Sequence record: PP328843.1
Reading direction: 5' to 3' (one strand)
Source of the DNA: Escherichia phage 215Ecol030PP
Length of the DNA: 64,000 nt
The translations under genes and the position numbers were made by a program. The notes beneath the pieces were generated by a model. The model saw nothing but the letters and a program-made list of their open reading frames with translations, was not told the DNA's origin and did no database searches. This document shows, piece by piece, positions 35,159 to 47,537 of this stretch (position 1 is its first letter; each line of letters opens with the position of its first letter).

Positions 35159-37138
35159 ATGACTTTATTATCTCCGGGCATTGAGCTCAAAGAAACTACG
35201 GTTCAAAGCACCGTGGTTAATAACTCTACTGGTACAGCAGCTTTGGCCGGTAAATTCCAGTGGGGTCCTGCTTTTCAGATTAAACAGGTTACAAATGAAG
35301 TAGATTTAGTTAATACTTTTGGTCAACCAACCGCTGAAACTGCTGACTATTTTATGTCTGCGATGAATTTCTTGCAGTACGGAAATGACTTACGAGTAGT
35401 TCGTGCTGTTGATAGAGATACCGCTAAAAACTCATCTCCGATTGCCGGTAATATTGAATACACAATTTCTACCCCAGGTAGTAACTACGCAGTTGGAGAT
35501 AAAATCACGGTCAAATATGTTTCAGATGCTATTGAAACTGAAGGTAAAATTACTGAAGTAGACGTAGATGGAAAAATTAAGAAAATTAATATTCCTACTG
35601 CAAAAATTATCGCTAAAGCTAAAGAAGTCGGTGAATATCCAGCACTAGGTTCTAACTGGACTGCGGAAATTTCTTCATCTTCCTCTGGTTTAGCTGCAGT
35701 AATAACTCTTGGAAAAATTATTACTGATTCTGGTATTTTATTAGCTGAAATTGAAAATGCTGAAGCTGCTATGACAGAGGTTGGCTTTCAAGCAAATCTC
35801 GAAAAATACGGAATTCCAGGAGTAGTAGCGCTTTATCCAGGCGAATTAGGCGATAAAATTGAAATTGAAATCGTATCTAAAGCTGACTATGCAAAAGGAG
35901 CTTCTGCATTACTCCCAATTTATCCAGGTGGTGGTACTCGTGCATCTACTGCTAAAGCAGTGTTTGGATATGGACCACAAACTGATTCACAGTACGCTAT
36001 TATAGTTCGTCGTAATGATGCTATTGTTCAAAGCGTTGTTCTTTCAACTAAGCGTGGTGAAAAAGATATTTACGATAGTAACATCTATATCGATGACTTT
36101 TTCGCAAAAGGTGGTTCAGAATATATTTTTGCAACTGCACAAAACTGGCCAGAAGGCTTCTCTGGAATTTTAACTCTGTCTGGTGGATTATCATCAAATG
36201 CTGAAGTAACAGCAGGAGATTTGATGGAAGCTTGGGACTTCTTTGCTGACCGTGAATCCGTTGATGTTCAATTGTTTATTGCGGGTTCTTGTGCCGGTGA
36301 ATCTTTAGAAACAGCATCTACTGTCCAAAAACACGTCGTTTCAATTGGGGATGCTCGCCAAGATTGCTTAGTATTGTGCTCTCCTCCGCGTGAAACTGTA
36401 GTTGGAATTCCTGTAACTCGTGCTGTTGATAACTTAGTCAATTGGAGAACCGCAACAGGTTCATACACTGATAATAACTTTAATATCAGTTCAACCTACG
36501 CAGCAATTGATGGTAACTACAAGTATCAGTATGACAAATATAATGATGTGAATCGTTGGGTTCCATTAGCAGCTGATATTGCTGGTTTATGCGCAAGAAC
36601 TGATAACGTATCTCAGACTTGGATGTCTCCAGCTGGTTATAATCGTGGCCAAATTTTGAACGTTATTAAACTGGCTATTGAAACTCGCCAAGCTCAGCGC
36701 GACCGTTTATACCAAGAAGCTATCAACCCGGTAACTGGTACAGGTGGTGATGGTTACGTATTGTATGGTGATAAAACAGCTACTTCTGTTCCTTCTCCGT
36801 TTGATCGTATTAACGTTCGTCGTCTGTTTAATATGTTGAAAACGAATATCGGACGTAGTTCAAAATATCGTTTGTTCGAATTAAACAACGCGTTTACTCG
36901 TTCATCATTCCGCACAGAAACTGCCCAGTACTTACAGGGAATTAAAGCTCTCGGTGGAATTTATGAATATCGTGTAGTTTGCGATACAACAAATAACACT
37001 CCGTCAGTAATTGATAGAAATGAGTTTGTTGCAACATTCTACATCCAACCTGCGCGCAGTATAAATTATATCCAACTTAACTTCGTTGCGACTGCTACTG
37101 GTGCAGATTTCGATGAGTTAACTGGTCTTGCAGGTTAA
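35159..37138 (+). CDS. 18: tail sheath protein gp18 (659 aa)
   Basis: length/synteny; late promoter upstream. Confidence 0.95.
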   Translation: MTLLSPGIELKETTVQSTVVNNSTGTAALAGKFQWGPAFQIKQVTNEVDLVNTFGQPTAETADYFMSAMNFLQYGNDLRVVRAVDRDTAKNSSPIAGNIEYTISTPGSNYAVGDKITVKYVSDAIETEGKITEVDVDGKIKKINIPTAKIIAKAKEVGEYPALGSNWTAEISSSSSGLAAVITLGKIITDSGILLAEIENAEAAMTEVGFQANLEKYGIPGVVALYPGELGDKIEIEIVSKADYAKGASALLPIYPGGGTRASTAKAVFGYGPQTDSQYAIIVRRNDAIVQSVVLSTKRGEKDIYDSNIYIDDFFAKGGSEYIFATAQNWPEGFSGILTLSGGLSSNAEVTAGDLMEAWDFFADRESVDVQLFIAGSCAGESLETASTVQKHVVSIGDARQDCLVLCSPPRETVVGIPVTRAVDNLVNWRTATGSYTDNNFNISSTYAAIDGNYKYQYDKYNDVNRWVPLAADIAGLCARTDNVSQTWMSPAGYNRGQILNVIKLAIETRQAQRDRLYQEAINPVTGTGGDGYVLYGDKTATSVPSPFDRINVRRLFNMLKTNIGRSSKYRLFELNNAFTRSSFRTETAQYLQGIKALGGIYEYRVVCDTTNNTPSVIDRNEFVATFYIQPARSINYIQLNFVATATGADFDELTGLAG

Positions 37139-37232
37139 TACGGTGCATTCTAAAGGCCTGTTTCGGCAGGCCATATAAATACACTATATCCTTAATTCTT
37201 TAATTCTATATGCCCTAGGTTAAACATAGGGA

Positions 37233-37240
37233 TATAAATA
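37233..37240 (+). promoter_or_regulatory. late promoter TATAAATA for gene 19 (second copy at 37174-37181)
   Basis: exact motifs upstream of ATG 37255. Confidence 0.6.
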
Positions 37241-37254
37241 CTACAGAGGCTAAT

Positions 37255-37746
37255 ATGTTTGTAGATGATGTAACACGAGCGTTTGAATCTGGTGATTTTG
37301 CTCGACCTAACTTATTCCAAGTAGAAATTTCTTATCTTGGACAAAATTTTACGTTTCAATGTAAAGCCACTGCTTTACCAGCTGGTATTGTAGAAAAAAT
37401 TCCAGTCGGATTTATGAACCGTAAAATTAACGTAGCAGGTGATCGTACATTCGATGACTGGACTGTTACAGTAATGAACGATGAAGCTCATGATGCTCGT
37501 CAGAAGTTCGTTGATTGGCAAAGCATTGCTGCGGGGCAAGGAAACGAAATTACTGGTGGAAAACCTGCAGAGTATAAAAAGAGCGCTATCGTTCGTCAAT
37601 ATGCTCGTGACGCTAAAACAGTAACAAAAGAAATTGAAATTAAAGGTCTGTGGCCTACTAACGTGGGTGAACTTCAATTAGATTGGGATTCAAACAATGA
37701 AATCCAAACATTTGAAGTAACTCTTGCTCTCGATTATTGGGAATAA
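37255..37746 (+). CDS. 19: tail tube protein gp19 (163 aa)
   Basis: length/synteny; two TATAAATA motifs upstream. Confidence 0.95.
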   Translation: MFVDDVTRAFESGDFARPNLFQVEISYLGQNFTFQCKATALPAGIVEKIPVGFMNRKINVAGDRTFDDWTVTVMNDEAHDARQKFVDWQSIAAGQGNEITGGKPAEYKKSAIVRQYARDAKTVTKEIEIKGLWPTNVGELQLDWDSNNEIQTFEVTLALDYWE

Positions 37747-37778
37747 AATGAATGGGGAGAAATCCCCATCCTGCTTAA

Positions 37779-39403
<1,625 letters not shown>

Positions 39404-39404
<1 letters not shown>

Positions 39405-39643
39405 TGGAAGGTTTAATTGAAGCTATTAAATCAAACGACCTCGTAGCCGCTCGTAAATTATTTGCTGAAGCCATGGCTGCAAGAACGACTGATTTAATTA
39501 AAGAAGAAAAAATCGCTATCGCTCGTAATTTCTTAATCGAAGGTGAAGAACCTGATGACGAGGATGATGACGAAGACGAAGATAGTGATGATAAAGACGA
39601 CAAAAAAGACAAAGACTCTGACGAAGACGAGGATGATGAATAA
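39404..39643 (+). CDS. 67: prohead core protein gp67 (acidic C-terminus)
   Basis: length/synteny; D/E-rich tail. Confidence 0.9.
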
Positions 39644-40068
39644 TGCTTCTGATCCCTGAAACTCATGAATTAGTTCTCGAGAATGTCGAAGCACTTATTC
39701 CTGAAGCACAGGGTCGCTTTGACGAATTGTCTTCTGCTTTAAATAAAGACGATATAAATACAATTGTCGAGAATATGCTTGATGATGAAACTGATTTAGC
39801 GGTTGCATTAGCTTCTATTAATGAAAATATGCCGTTAAATGAATTTATCGTTAAACATGTTTCTGCCCGTGGTGAAATTACTCGCACTAAAGATCGCAAA
39901 ACCCGCGAACGTAATGCATTTCAAACTACCGGGTTGTCTAAAGCAAAACGTAGACAAATTGCTCGTAAAGCTACCAAAACGAAGATTGCCAATCCAGCAG
40001 GTCAATCTCGTGCTCAGCGTAAGCGTAAAAAAGCTCTTAAACGCCGTAAAGCATTAGGATTAAGCTAA
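39643..40068 (+). CDS. 68: prohead core protein gp68
   Basis: length/synteny. Confidence 0.9.
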
Positions 40069-40706
40069 TGAATGAACCCCAATTACTAATTGAAACTTGG
40101 GGTCAACCTGGCGAAATTATTGATGGCGTACCAATGCTTGAATCTCATGATGGAAAAGACTTAGGTTTAAAACCGGGTTTATACATCGAAGGAATATTCA
40201 TGCAAGCGGAAGTCGTCAATAGAAATAAACGTCTTTATCCAAAACGTATATTAGAAAAAGCGGTAAAAGACTATATTAATGAGCAAGTTTTAACTAAACA
40301 AGCTCTCGGAGAATTAAATCATCCTCCACGCGCTAATGTTGACCCGATGCAAGCCGCTATCATTATAGAAGATATGTGGTGGAAAGGAAATGACGTATAC
40401 GGACGAGCTCGTGTTATTGAAGGTGACCATGGTCCTGGAGATAAATTAGCAGCTAATATTCGTGCCGGATGGATTCCAGGAGTTTCTTCTCGTGGATTAG
40501 GTTCATTGACTGACACAAATAAAGGTTATCGTATCGTAAACGAAGGATTCAAATTAACTGTAGGTGTTGATGCAGTATGGGGTCCAAGTGCTCCAGATGC
40601 ATGGGTAACTCCTAAGGAAATTACCGAATCACAGACGGCGGAAGCCGATACAAGTGCCGATGACGCCTATATGGCTCTCGCAGAGGCCATGAAAAAAGCG
40701 TTATAA
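40068..40706 (+). CDS. 21: prohead core protease gp21 (212 aa)
   Basis: length/synteny. Confidence 0.93.
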   Translation: MNEPQLLIETWGQPGEIIDGVPMLESHDGKDLGLKPGLYIEGIFMQAEVVNRNKRLYPKRILEKAVKDYINEQVLTKQALGELNHPPRANVDPMQAAIIIEDMWWKGNDVYGRARVIEGDHGPGDKLAANIRAGWIPGVSSRGLGSLTDTNKGYRIVNEGFKLTVGVDAVWGPSAPDAWVTPKEITESQTAEADTSADDAYMALAEAMKKAL

Positions 40707-40709
40707 ATA
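40702..40709 (+). promoter_or_regulatory. late promoter TATAAATA for gene 22
   Basis: exact motif overlapping gene 21 stop. Confidence 0.6.
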
Positions 40710-40736
40710 TTATTATCTAAACAACAGGACTACAAA

Positions 40737-41546
40737 ATGCTTAAAGAACAACTGATTGCCGAAGCGCAGAAAATTGATGCTTCCGTTGCTCTTGATAGTA
40801 TTTTCGAATCAGTTAATATTTCTCCGGAAGCAAAAGAAACTTTCGGCACTGTATTCGAAGCTACCGTCAAGCAGCACGCCGTTAAATTAGCTGAATCTCA
40901 TATCGCTAAAATTGCTGAAAAAGCAGAAGAAGAAGTAGAAAAAAATAAAGAAGAAGCAGAAGAAAAAGCTGAGAAGAAAATCGCTGAGCAAGCTTCTAAA
41001 TTCCTTGACCATCTTGCAAAAGAATGGCTCACTGAAAATAAATTAGCAGTAGATAAAGGTATCAAAGCCGAACTGTTTGAATCCATGCTTGGTGGATTGA
41101 AAGAGCTCTTTGTTGAACACAACGTTGTTGTTCCAGAAGAATCAGTTGATGTTGTAGCTGAAATGGAAGAAGAGCTGCAAGAACATAAAGAAGAATCAGC
41201 TCGTCTGTTCGAAGAACTCAATAAGCGTGACGCATATATCAATTATGTGCAGCGTGAAGTGGCATTGAGCGAAAGTACTAAAGATCTGACTGAGTCTCAA
41301 AAAGAAAAAGTCTCTGCTCTGGTCGAAGGTATGGATTATTCAGATGCATTCTCAAGTAAATTGAGTGCAATCGTAGAAATGGTGAAGAAATCTAATAAAG
41401 ATGAAAGCACTATTACTGAGAGTATAAATACTCCTGATACTGAAGCAGCCGGACTGAATTTCGTCACTGAAGCTGTAGAAGATAAAGCTGCACCTGGTGC
41501 AGAAGATATTGTAAGTGTATATGCGAAAGTCGCATCTCGTTTCTAA
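40737..41546 (+). CDS. 22: prohead core scaffold gp22 (269 aa)
   Basis: acidic coiled-coil; length/synteny. Confidence 0.93.
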   Translation: MLKEQLIAEAQKIDASVALDSIFESVNISPEAKETFGTVFEATVKQHAVKLAESHIAKIAEKAEEEVEKNKEEAEEKAEKKIAEQASKFLDHLAKEWLTENKLAVDKGIKAELFESMLGGLKELFVEHNVVVPEESVDVVAEMEEELQEHKEESARLFEELNKRDAYINYVQREVALSESTKDLTESQKEKVSALVEGMDYSDAFSSKLSAIVEMVKKSNKDESTITESINTPDTEAAGLNFVTEAVEDKAAPGAEDIVSVYAKVASRF

Positions 41547-41564
41547 TTTTAAAGGTTAACACAA

Positions 41565-43130
41565 ATGACTATCAAAACTAAAGCTGAACTTTTGAACAAA
41601 TGGAAGCCATTACTGGAAGGTGAAGGTTTACCGGAAATTGCTAATAGCAAACAAGCGATTATCGCTAAAATCTTTGAAAACCAGGAAAAAGATTTCCAGA
41701 CAGCTCCGGAATATAAAGACGAAAAAATTGCTCAGGCATTCGGTTCTTTCTTAACAGAAGCTGAAATCGGTGGTGACCACGGTTACAATGCTACCAACAT
41801 CGCTGCAGGTCAGACTTCTGGCGCAGTAACTCAGATTGGCCCAGCTGTTATGGGTATGGTACGTCGTGCTATTCCTAACCTGATTGCTTTCGATATTTGC
41901 GGTGTTCAGCCGATGAACAACCCGACTGGCCAGGTATTCGCAATGCGCGCAGTATATGGTAAAGACCCAATTGCTTCCGGTGCTAAAGAAGCATTCCACC
42001 CAATGTATGGTCCAGATGCAATGTTCTCTGGTCAGGGTGCTGCTAAGAAATTCCCAGCTCTGGCTGCTAGCACACAAACCACAGCAGGTGATATCTATAC
42101 TCACTTCTTCCAGGACACTGGTACTGTGTATCTGCAAGCTTCTGCTCAAGTAACAATTAGTGCAAGCGCAACTGATGCAGATAAATTAGATGCTGAAATT
42201 AAGAAACAAATGGAAGCTGGTGCACTGGTAGAAATCGCTGAAGGTATGGCTACTTCTATCGCTGAACTTCAGGAAGGTTTTAACGGTTCTACCGATAACC
42301 CATGGAATGAAATGGGCTTCCGTATCGATAAACAAGTTATCGAAGCTAAATCTCGTCAGCTGAAAGCTGCTTACTCTATTGAATTAGCACAAGACCTTCG
42401 CGCTGTTCACGGTATGGATGCTGATGCTGAACTGTCTGGTATTCTGGCTACCGAAATCATGCTGGAAATCAACCGCGAAGTTGTTGATTGGATTAACTAC
42501 TCCGCACAGGTTGGTAAATCTGGTATGACCCTGACTCCGGGTTCTAAAGCTGGTGTATTTGACTTCCAGGACCCAATCGATATTCGTGGTGCTCGCTGGG
42601 CAGGTGAATCCTTTAAAGCTCTGTTGTTCCAGATTGACAAAGAAGCAGTTGAAATTGCTCGTCAGACCGGTCGTGGTGAAGGTAACTTCATTATCGCTTC
42701 CCGTAACGTAGTTAACGTTCTGGCTTCAGTTGATACTGGCATTTCTTATGCTGCACAGGGTCTGGCTACCGGCTTTAACACTGATACTACCAAGTCAGTA
42801 TTTGCTGGTGTTCTGGGTGGTAAATACCGTGTATATATCGACCAGTATGCTAAACAGGATTATTTCACTGTAGGTTATAAAGGTCCGAACGAAATGGATG
42901 CTGGTATTTACTATGCTCCATATGTAGCTCTGACTCCGCTGCGTGGTTCCGATCCGAAGAACTTCCAACCGGTAATGGGATTCAAAACTCGTTACGGTAT
43001 CGGTATCAACCCATTTGCAGAATCCGCTGCTCAGGCTCCGGCTTCTCGCATCCAGAGCGGTATGCCTTCTATTCTGAATAGCCTTGGTAAAAACGCTTAC
43101 TTTAGACGTGTATATGTTAAAGGTATCTAA
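41565..43130 (+). CDS. 23: major capsid protein gp23 (521 aa)
   Basis: length as T4 gp23; terminator hairpin downstream. Confidence 0.97.
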   Translation: MTIKTKAELLNKWKPLLEGEGLPEIANSKQAIIAKIFENQEKDFQTAPEYKDEKIAQAFGSFLTEAEIGGDHGYNATNIAAGQTSGAVTQIGPAVMGMVRRAIPNLIAFDICGVQPMNNPTGQVFAMRAVYGKDPIASGAKEAFHPMYGPDAMFSGQGAAKKFPALAASTQTTAGDIYTHFFQDTGTVYLQASAQVTISASATDADKLDAEIKKQMEAGALVEIAEGMATSIAELQEGFNGSTDNPWNEMGFRIDKQVIEAKSRQLKAAYSIELAQDLRAVHGMDADAELSGILATEIMLEINREVVDWINYSAQVGKSGMTLTPGSKAGVFDFQDPIDIRGARWAGESFKALLFQIDKEAVEIARQTGRGEGNFIIASRNVVNVLASVDTGISYAAQGLATGFNTDTTKSVFAGVLGGKYRVYIDQYAKQDYFTVGYKGPNEMDAGIYYAPYVALTPLRGSDPKNFQPVMGFKTRYGIGINPFAESAAQAPASRIQSGMPSILNSLGKNAYFRRVYVKGI

Positions 43131-43145
43131 TCTTTGACGATTTAA

Positions 43146-43175
43146 GGGACCTTCGGGTCCCTTTAGTTGTTTTTA
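43146..43175 (+). terminator. intrinsic terminator after gene 23
   Basis: GGGACCTTCGGGTCCC (UUCG loop) then T-rich run. Confidence 0.6.
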
Positions 43176-43178
43176 TGG

Positions 43179-43186
43179 TATAAATA
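43179..43186 (+). promoter_or_regulatory. late promoter TATAAATA for gene 24
   Basis: exact motif after gene 23 terminator. Confidence 0.6.
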
Positions 43187-43213
43187 AATCATATAAACTG
43201 AAAGGAAAGCGCA

Positions 43214-44497
43214 ATGGCTAAAATCAACGAACTTCTGCGCGAATCAACCACAACGAATAGCAACTCAATCGGTCGCCCAAATCTCGTTGCTTTGACTCGC
43301 GCTACCACTAAATTAATATATTCTGACATTGTAGCAACGCAAAGAACTAATCAACCTGTTGCTGCTTTTTATGGTATCAAATACCTTAACCCAGACAATG
43401 AATTTACATTTAAAACTGGTGCTACTTACGCTGGCGAAGCCGGATATGTAGACCGAGAACAAATCACAGAATTAACAGAAGAGTCTAAATTAACTCTCAA
43501 TAAAGGCGATTTATTCAAATATAATAATATCGTTTATAAAGTATTAGAAGATACACCATTTGCTGATATTGAAGAAAGCGATTTAGAATTAGCTCTTCAG
43601 ATTGCAATCGTTCTTTTAAAGGTTCGTCTATTTTCTGATGCTGCAGTAACAAGCAAATTTGAAAACTCTGATAGCGAAATTGCGGATGCTAGATTCCAGA
43701 TTAATAAATGGCAAACCGCAGTTAAATCTCGTAAACTTAAAACTGGCATCACAGTTGAATTAGCACAAGATTTAGAAGCAAACGGATTCGATGCTCCTAA
43801 TTTCTTGGAAGATTTGCTTGCAACTGAAATGGCGGATGAAATCAATAAAGATATTCTGCAGTCTTTGATTACAGTATCAAAACGCTATAAAGTTACAGGA
43901 ATTACTGATACTGGATTCATTGATTTGAGTTATGCATCTGCACCTGAAGCTGGTCGTTCATTATACCGAATGGTATGTGAAATGGTTTCACATATCCAGA
44001 AAGAATCAACTTATACAGCAACGTTCTGTGTTGCTTCAGCTCGTGCCGCTGCGATTCTTGCTGCATCAGGTTGGTTAAAACATAAACCAGAAGATGACAA
44101 ATATCTTTCACAAAATGCCTACGGGTTCTTAGCTAATGGTTTACCGCTTTATTGCGATACCAACAGTCCATTAGATTATGTAATCGTTGGCGTAGTAGAA
44201 AATATTGGTGAAAAAGAAATTGTTGGATCAATTTTCTATGCTCCGTATACAGAAGGTCTTGACTTAGATGACCCTGAACATGTAGGTGCATTTAAAGTTG
44301 TAGTTGATCCAGAAAGTTTGCAGCCATCTATCGGTTTATTAGTTAGATATGCTTTATCTGCAAATCCTTACACTGTAGCAAAAGATGAAAAAGAAGCAAG
44401 AATAATTGATGGTGGAGACATGGATAAAATGGCGGGTCGTTCAGATTTGTCTGTTTTATTAGGTGTTAAGCTACCAAAAATTATTGTTGATGAATAA
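43214..44497 (+). CDS. 24: capsid vertex protein gp24 (427 aa)
   Basis: length/synteny; late promoter upstream. Confidence 0.95.
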   Translation: MAKINELLRESTTTNSNSIGRPNLVALTRATTKLIYSDIVATQRTNQPVAAFYGIKYLNPDNEFTFKTGATYAGEAGYVDREQITELTEESKLTLNKGDLFKYNNIVYKVLEDTPFADIEESDLELALQIAIVLLKVRLFSDAAVTSKFENSDSEIADARFQINKWQTAVKSRKLKTGITVELAQDLEANGFDAPNFLEDLLATEMADEINKDILQSLITVSKRYKVTGITDTGFIDLSYASAPEAGRSLYRMVCEMVSHIQKESTYTATFCVASARAAAILAASGWLKHKPEDDKYLSQNAYGFLANGLPLYCDTNSPLDYVIVGVVENIGEKEIVGSIFYAPYTEGLDLDDPEHVGAFKVVVDPESLQPSIGLLVRYALSANPYTVAKDEKEARIIDGGDMDKMAGRSDLSVLLGVKLPKIIVDE

Positions 44498-44502
44498 AAC
44501 AA

Positions 44503-44525
44503 AGGGACCTTTCGGTCCCTTTTTA
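44503..44525. terminator. bidirectional terminator between convergent genes 24 and rnlB
   Basis: AGGGACCTTTCGGTCCCT flanked by A-run and T-run. Confidence 0.6.
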
Positions 44526-44526
44526 T

Positions 44527-45531
44527 TTAGCTCACCAATTCAATCCAAGCCGGACGAAGTACATCTTGCACCATTTTAACTAATTCCTTTTTAATCAAAG
44601 AAGGATTATCTGCTTGAGTTAAAGTAATACCTTCACGAGAAGTTTCTTCCAAAATATCTTGAACAGTTAGTCCCATCACCTTTCCAAAATCTTTAGGACC
44701 AATTTCACCAATTTTAGAAATAACGTTATTTACTCGGTTCAGTGTAACGTAACAAGCTAAAATTCCAACCAATTTGTTATCAGCTTCTGACAGTTCAACT
44801 TTAGCTTTAATAGGCTTATCAGACTTTTTCTTTTCACTAAATTTAGAGTTCTTGCATTTGATAGCTACGCGATTGCCATTAGGCATCCAAGAAGGATAAC
44901 AAGGTTTCAATACATATCCTTCAGCGGTAAATACTTCGCCTTTTACTTCAGCATTCCAAACGCATTTATTTGCATCAACTAATCCAGCATGGTCTACCGT
45001 AAAATTATAATCCTGGACGACAGAATCTAAATCATTTGGCAATTTAATAAGTTCTTCAAATTTACCGCGACCTAAAAGTGGAGCCATTTTAAATTTAAAT
45101 GTATTGCAGAATGATTCCATCATATAATCATCGACATAAGTCACATCACCACTTTCTGTAGTAACAATAATGTCAAATACATAAAAATCTTTATCGCCAT
45201 AATCGACATTCTTCTGAATGCCAGGTCCAGCGAATTCGCCAAAAACTTGATAAGATACAACCGCTGAAGTTTCCATAATATCTTGTACTGCTTTAATGGA
45301 ATCAGCGTAATTCTTCAAAATAATTTCATACCCAAAGAAATCTTCAGCAGGAAGAATAGGACCAGTACGTTTAGCACAAGTTGCTTTATCGCGTTCAATA
45401 ATCAGTGAGAAATTTGTGCCATGAATCTTTTCACGAGCTACCCATTCGCCGCCAGTCAATCCTAAACTATAAAGTTTTTCAATGAATTTAGAATTGTAAT
45501 GATTTTCAAGACTGCTATACTTTTTAAACAT
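44527..45531 (-). CDS. rnlB: RNA ligase 2 (334 aa)
   Basis: nucleotidyltransferase motif I KIHGTN; length/synteny. Confidence 0.9.
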   Translation of the reverse strand: MFKKYSSLENHYNSKFIEKLYSLGLTGGEWVAREKIHGTNFSLIIERDKATCAKRTGPILPAEDFFGYEIILKNYADSIKAVQDIMETSAVVSYQVFGEFAGPGIQKNVDYGDKDFYVFDIIVTTESGDVTYVDDYMMESFCNTFKFKMAPLLGRGKFEELIKLPNDLDSVVQDYNFTVDHAGLVDANKCVWNAEVKGEVFTAEGYVLKPCYPSWMPNGNRVAIKCKNSKFSEKKKSDKPIKAKVELSEADNKLVGILACYVTLNRVNNVISKIGEIGPKDFGKVMGLTVQDILEETSREGITLTQADNPSLIKKELVKMVQDVLRPAWIELVS

Positions 45532-45540
45532 AATTAATCC

Positions 45541-45819
45541 TCAAAATGTAATTTCTAACCAATCACCATCACGCTGGTCACTATTGACTTTAAAGCTAAA
45601 TCCTTCTTTTCTCAGCCAATCACCAATTTCTTCAGTAATCAATTTATCGCGAGCAGTGCAATAATAACTAAAATATGTTTTACCTTGTTCAGCTGCTTTA
45701 TTAGCAAGTTCCGAAAAATCTTTAATAAAACACTCTAGCTTAAACTGTTTGCTTTTAAGTGCTTTTTCGCGTAATTGATTAGCAAAAGATTCATTTTCAT
45801 AAAGATCATACTGTTCCAT
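45541..45819 (-). CDS. hypothetical protein (T4 24.2 position, 92 aa)
   Basis: ORF track; synteny. Confidence 0.55.
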   Translation of the reverse strand: MEQYDLYENESFANQLREKALKSKQFKLECFIKDFSELANKAAEQGKTYFSYYCTARDKLITEEIGDWLRKEGFSFKVNSDQRDGDWLEITF

Positions 45820-46021
45820 TTTTCACCTTCTTATTAATATGTCTTTTTCTATAGACAACTTTTTCTCGAGTCTCAAATTTATTCTTAGCAGTCATAGCTC
45901 GAGCCCATAATACAGCCACTTCTTTCGCCTGTAAGTTCAATTCACGAGCAATTTCAATGAATGACTTTCCAGACTCATGAAGAGTAAACACCACAACCTC
46001 AGTTCTCATAATCAATCTCAT
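45806..46021 (-). CDS. hypothetical small protein, possible HTH (T4 24.3 position, 71 aa)
   Basis: ORF track; segment ESGKSFIEIARELNLQAKEV is HTH-like. Confidence 0.5.
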   Translation of the reverse strand: MRLIMRTEVVVFTLHESGKSFIEIARELNLQAKEVAVLWARAMTAKNKFETREKVVYRKRHINKKVKNGTV

Positions 46022-46080
46022 GTTATCGAGTTGGTGCCATTATATACATCGTTTTCTGATTGTGGTTTGTGTGCTTTCAA

Positions 46081-46105
46081 AATGAAGAAAGGGGCCGAAG
46101 CCCCT
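46081..46105 (-). terminator. terminator hairpin after hoc
   Basis: AGGGGCCGAAGCCCCT with T-rich tract on minus strand. Confidence 0.5.
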
Positions 46106-46109
46106 GAGA

Positions 46110-47528
46110 TTATGGATAGGTATAGATGATACCAGTTTCTAAAGCAGTTTTATGAATGATGTATCCATTACGCGATTCTTGGACATCAACTTCTGGATAA
46201 TCTTTCATCATCTTCTGAAGAGTGTAACGATGCAGGTAGTATTTACTATCTGGATCTTCAGTTTTCCAATCTTTACCTTCTTCAGTCATTTTTTGGATTT
46301 CATCCATAACCCACCAACCGCACCAGATGTAAGCTGAGCTACGATGTGGAAGAGGATGAACATAAGGTAATTCACCTTCTGGTTCCGGAGCAGCTTTATC
46401 AGTTACCTGAACTTGACCTTCTGCTGTAATAGTTTTGCTATCATAATCAGCAGCAGTAACAGTTGCAGTAACTTCAATAGTTTGACTTCCAACAGATGAT
46501 GTATCAACGGTGTATACATTAGTTGACCCTTCTACAGGAGAAGAATCTTTCTTCCATGAATACGTAATTTGCGCTTCTTCCGGAGCATCCGTAACGTTAG
46601 CAGTAAATGTAGCCGAAGCATCTTGCTGAACATTAATAGAAGGAGGAGTCAATGTAACCTGTGGATTCATTGTCTTCTTATTAACTGTCAATGATACTTC
46701 ATTAGAAGTAACTTCCTTTTCATTATAATTTTCTGCAGTTACTTGGGCTACGCATTTAATTCTTTTTACTCCACTTGTAGTTGGAGTATAGTTAAATGTA
46801 GAGTTAGTTTCTCCACCAACTTGTGAATCATCTACATACCACTGATACGTAGCAGACGCTCCGTCAGGTTGAGAAGCTAATGCAGCAGTAAATTGAACCG
46901 GGGTTCCAATTACTCCAGCAGCAGGACTAGCAGGAGTTACTGCCAAGGTAGTTGTCTGTGTCTTTTTATTAACTGTCAATGATACTTCATTGGAAGTAAC
47001 GCTCAGTGCATCATAATCTGTCGCAGTTACTTGAGCTACACACTTAATTTTTTTAACTCCGCTTGTAGTAGGAGTATAATTGAATGTAGCAGAAGTTGCT
47101 TCGCTCACAGGAGAACCGTCAACGTACCATTGATACGTAGCAGATGCGCCCGATGGCTGCGAAGCTAAAGCAGCAGTAAATTCAACAGCTGTTCCGATTA
47201 CTCCTTCTGGAGGACTATTAGGAGTTACAGCTAAGGTAGTTGTCTGTGTCTTATTTTGAACTGTGATAGTTGTACTAATTTCAGCTGTTTCAGCTTCAGC
47301 TTCTGGAACTGTATTTGTTGCAACCACTTTAATAGTCTTTTGACCAGCAGGTCCTTTTAATACATAATTAAAGGTTGCTTCAGCTCCATCCTGTGGAACA
47401 TTATCTACACTCCAAGCATAGGTAATAGTTCCACCTTCAGTTTGACCACTGGGTGCAGCAGTAAACTGCTTGGTTTCATCAATAACCCCCGTTGGTGTTT
47501 TAGGAGTTATATCAACTGTAAAAGTCAT
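46110..47528 (-). CDS. hoc: highly immunogenic outer capsid protein Hoc, 472 aa with four Ig-like domains plus capsid-binding C-terminus
   Basis: Ig-like repeats and conserved C-terminal domain; synteny between 24.3 and inh. Confidence 0.88.
   Translation of the reverse strand: MTFTVDITPKTPTGVIDETKQFTAAPSGQTEGGTITYAWSVDNVPQDGAEATFNYVLKGPAGQKTIKVVATNTVPEAEAETAEISTTITVQNKTQTTTLAVTPNSPPEGVIGTAVEFTAALASQPSGASATYQWYVDGSPVSEATSATFNYTPTTSGVKKIKCVAQVTATDYDALSVTSNEVSLTVNKKTQTTTLAVTPASPAAGVIGTPVQFTAALASQPDGASATYQWYVDDSQVGGETNSTFNYTPTTSGVKRIKCVAQVTAENYNEKEVTSNEVSLTVNKKTMNPQVTLTPPSINVQQDASATFTANVTDAPEEAQITYSWKKDSSPVEGSTNVYTVDTSSVGSQTIEVTATVTAADYDSKTITAEGQVQVTDKAAPEPEGELPYVHPLPHRSSAYIWCGWWVMDEIQKMTEEGKDWKTEDPDSKYYLHRYTLQKMMKDYPEVDVQESRNGYIIHKTALETGIIYTYP
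46677..47252 (-). repeat. tandem duplication of two ~288-bp units encoding adjacent Ig-like domains of Hoc (~85% aa identity)
   Basis: protein repeat KTQTTTLAVTP...SNEVSLTVNK occurs twice in tandem; DNA similarity visible at 46680 vs 46965. Confidence 0.8.
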
Positions 47529-47537
47529 AAGTTATCC

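Noticed and set aside
40898-41242. Minus-strand Ser-rich ORF within gene 22
   Set aside because: Antisense to gp22 coding sequence; compositional artefact.
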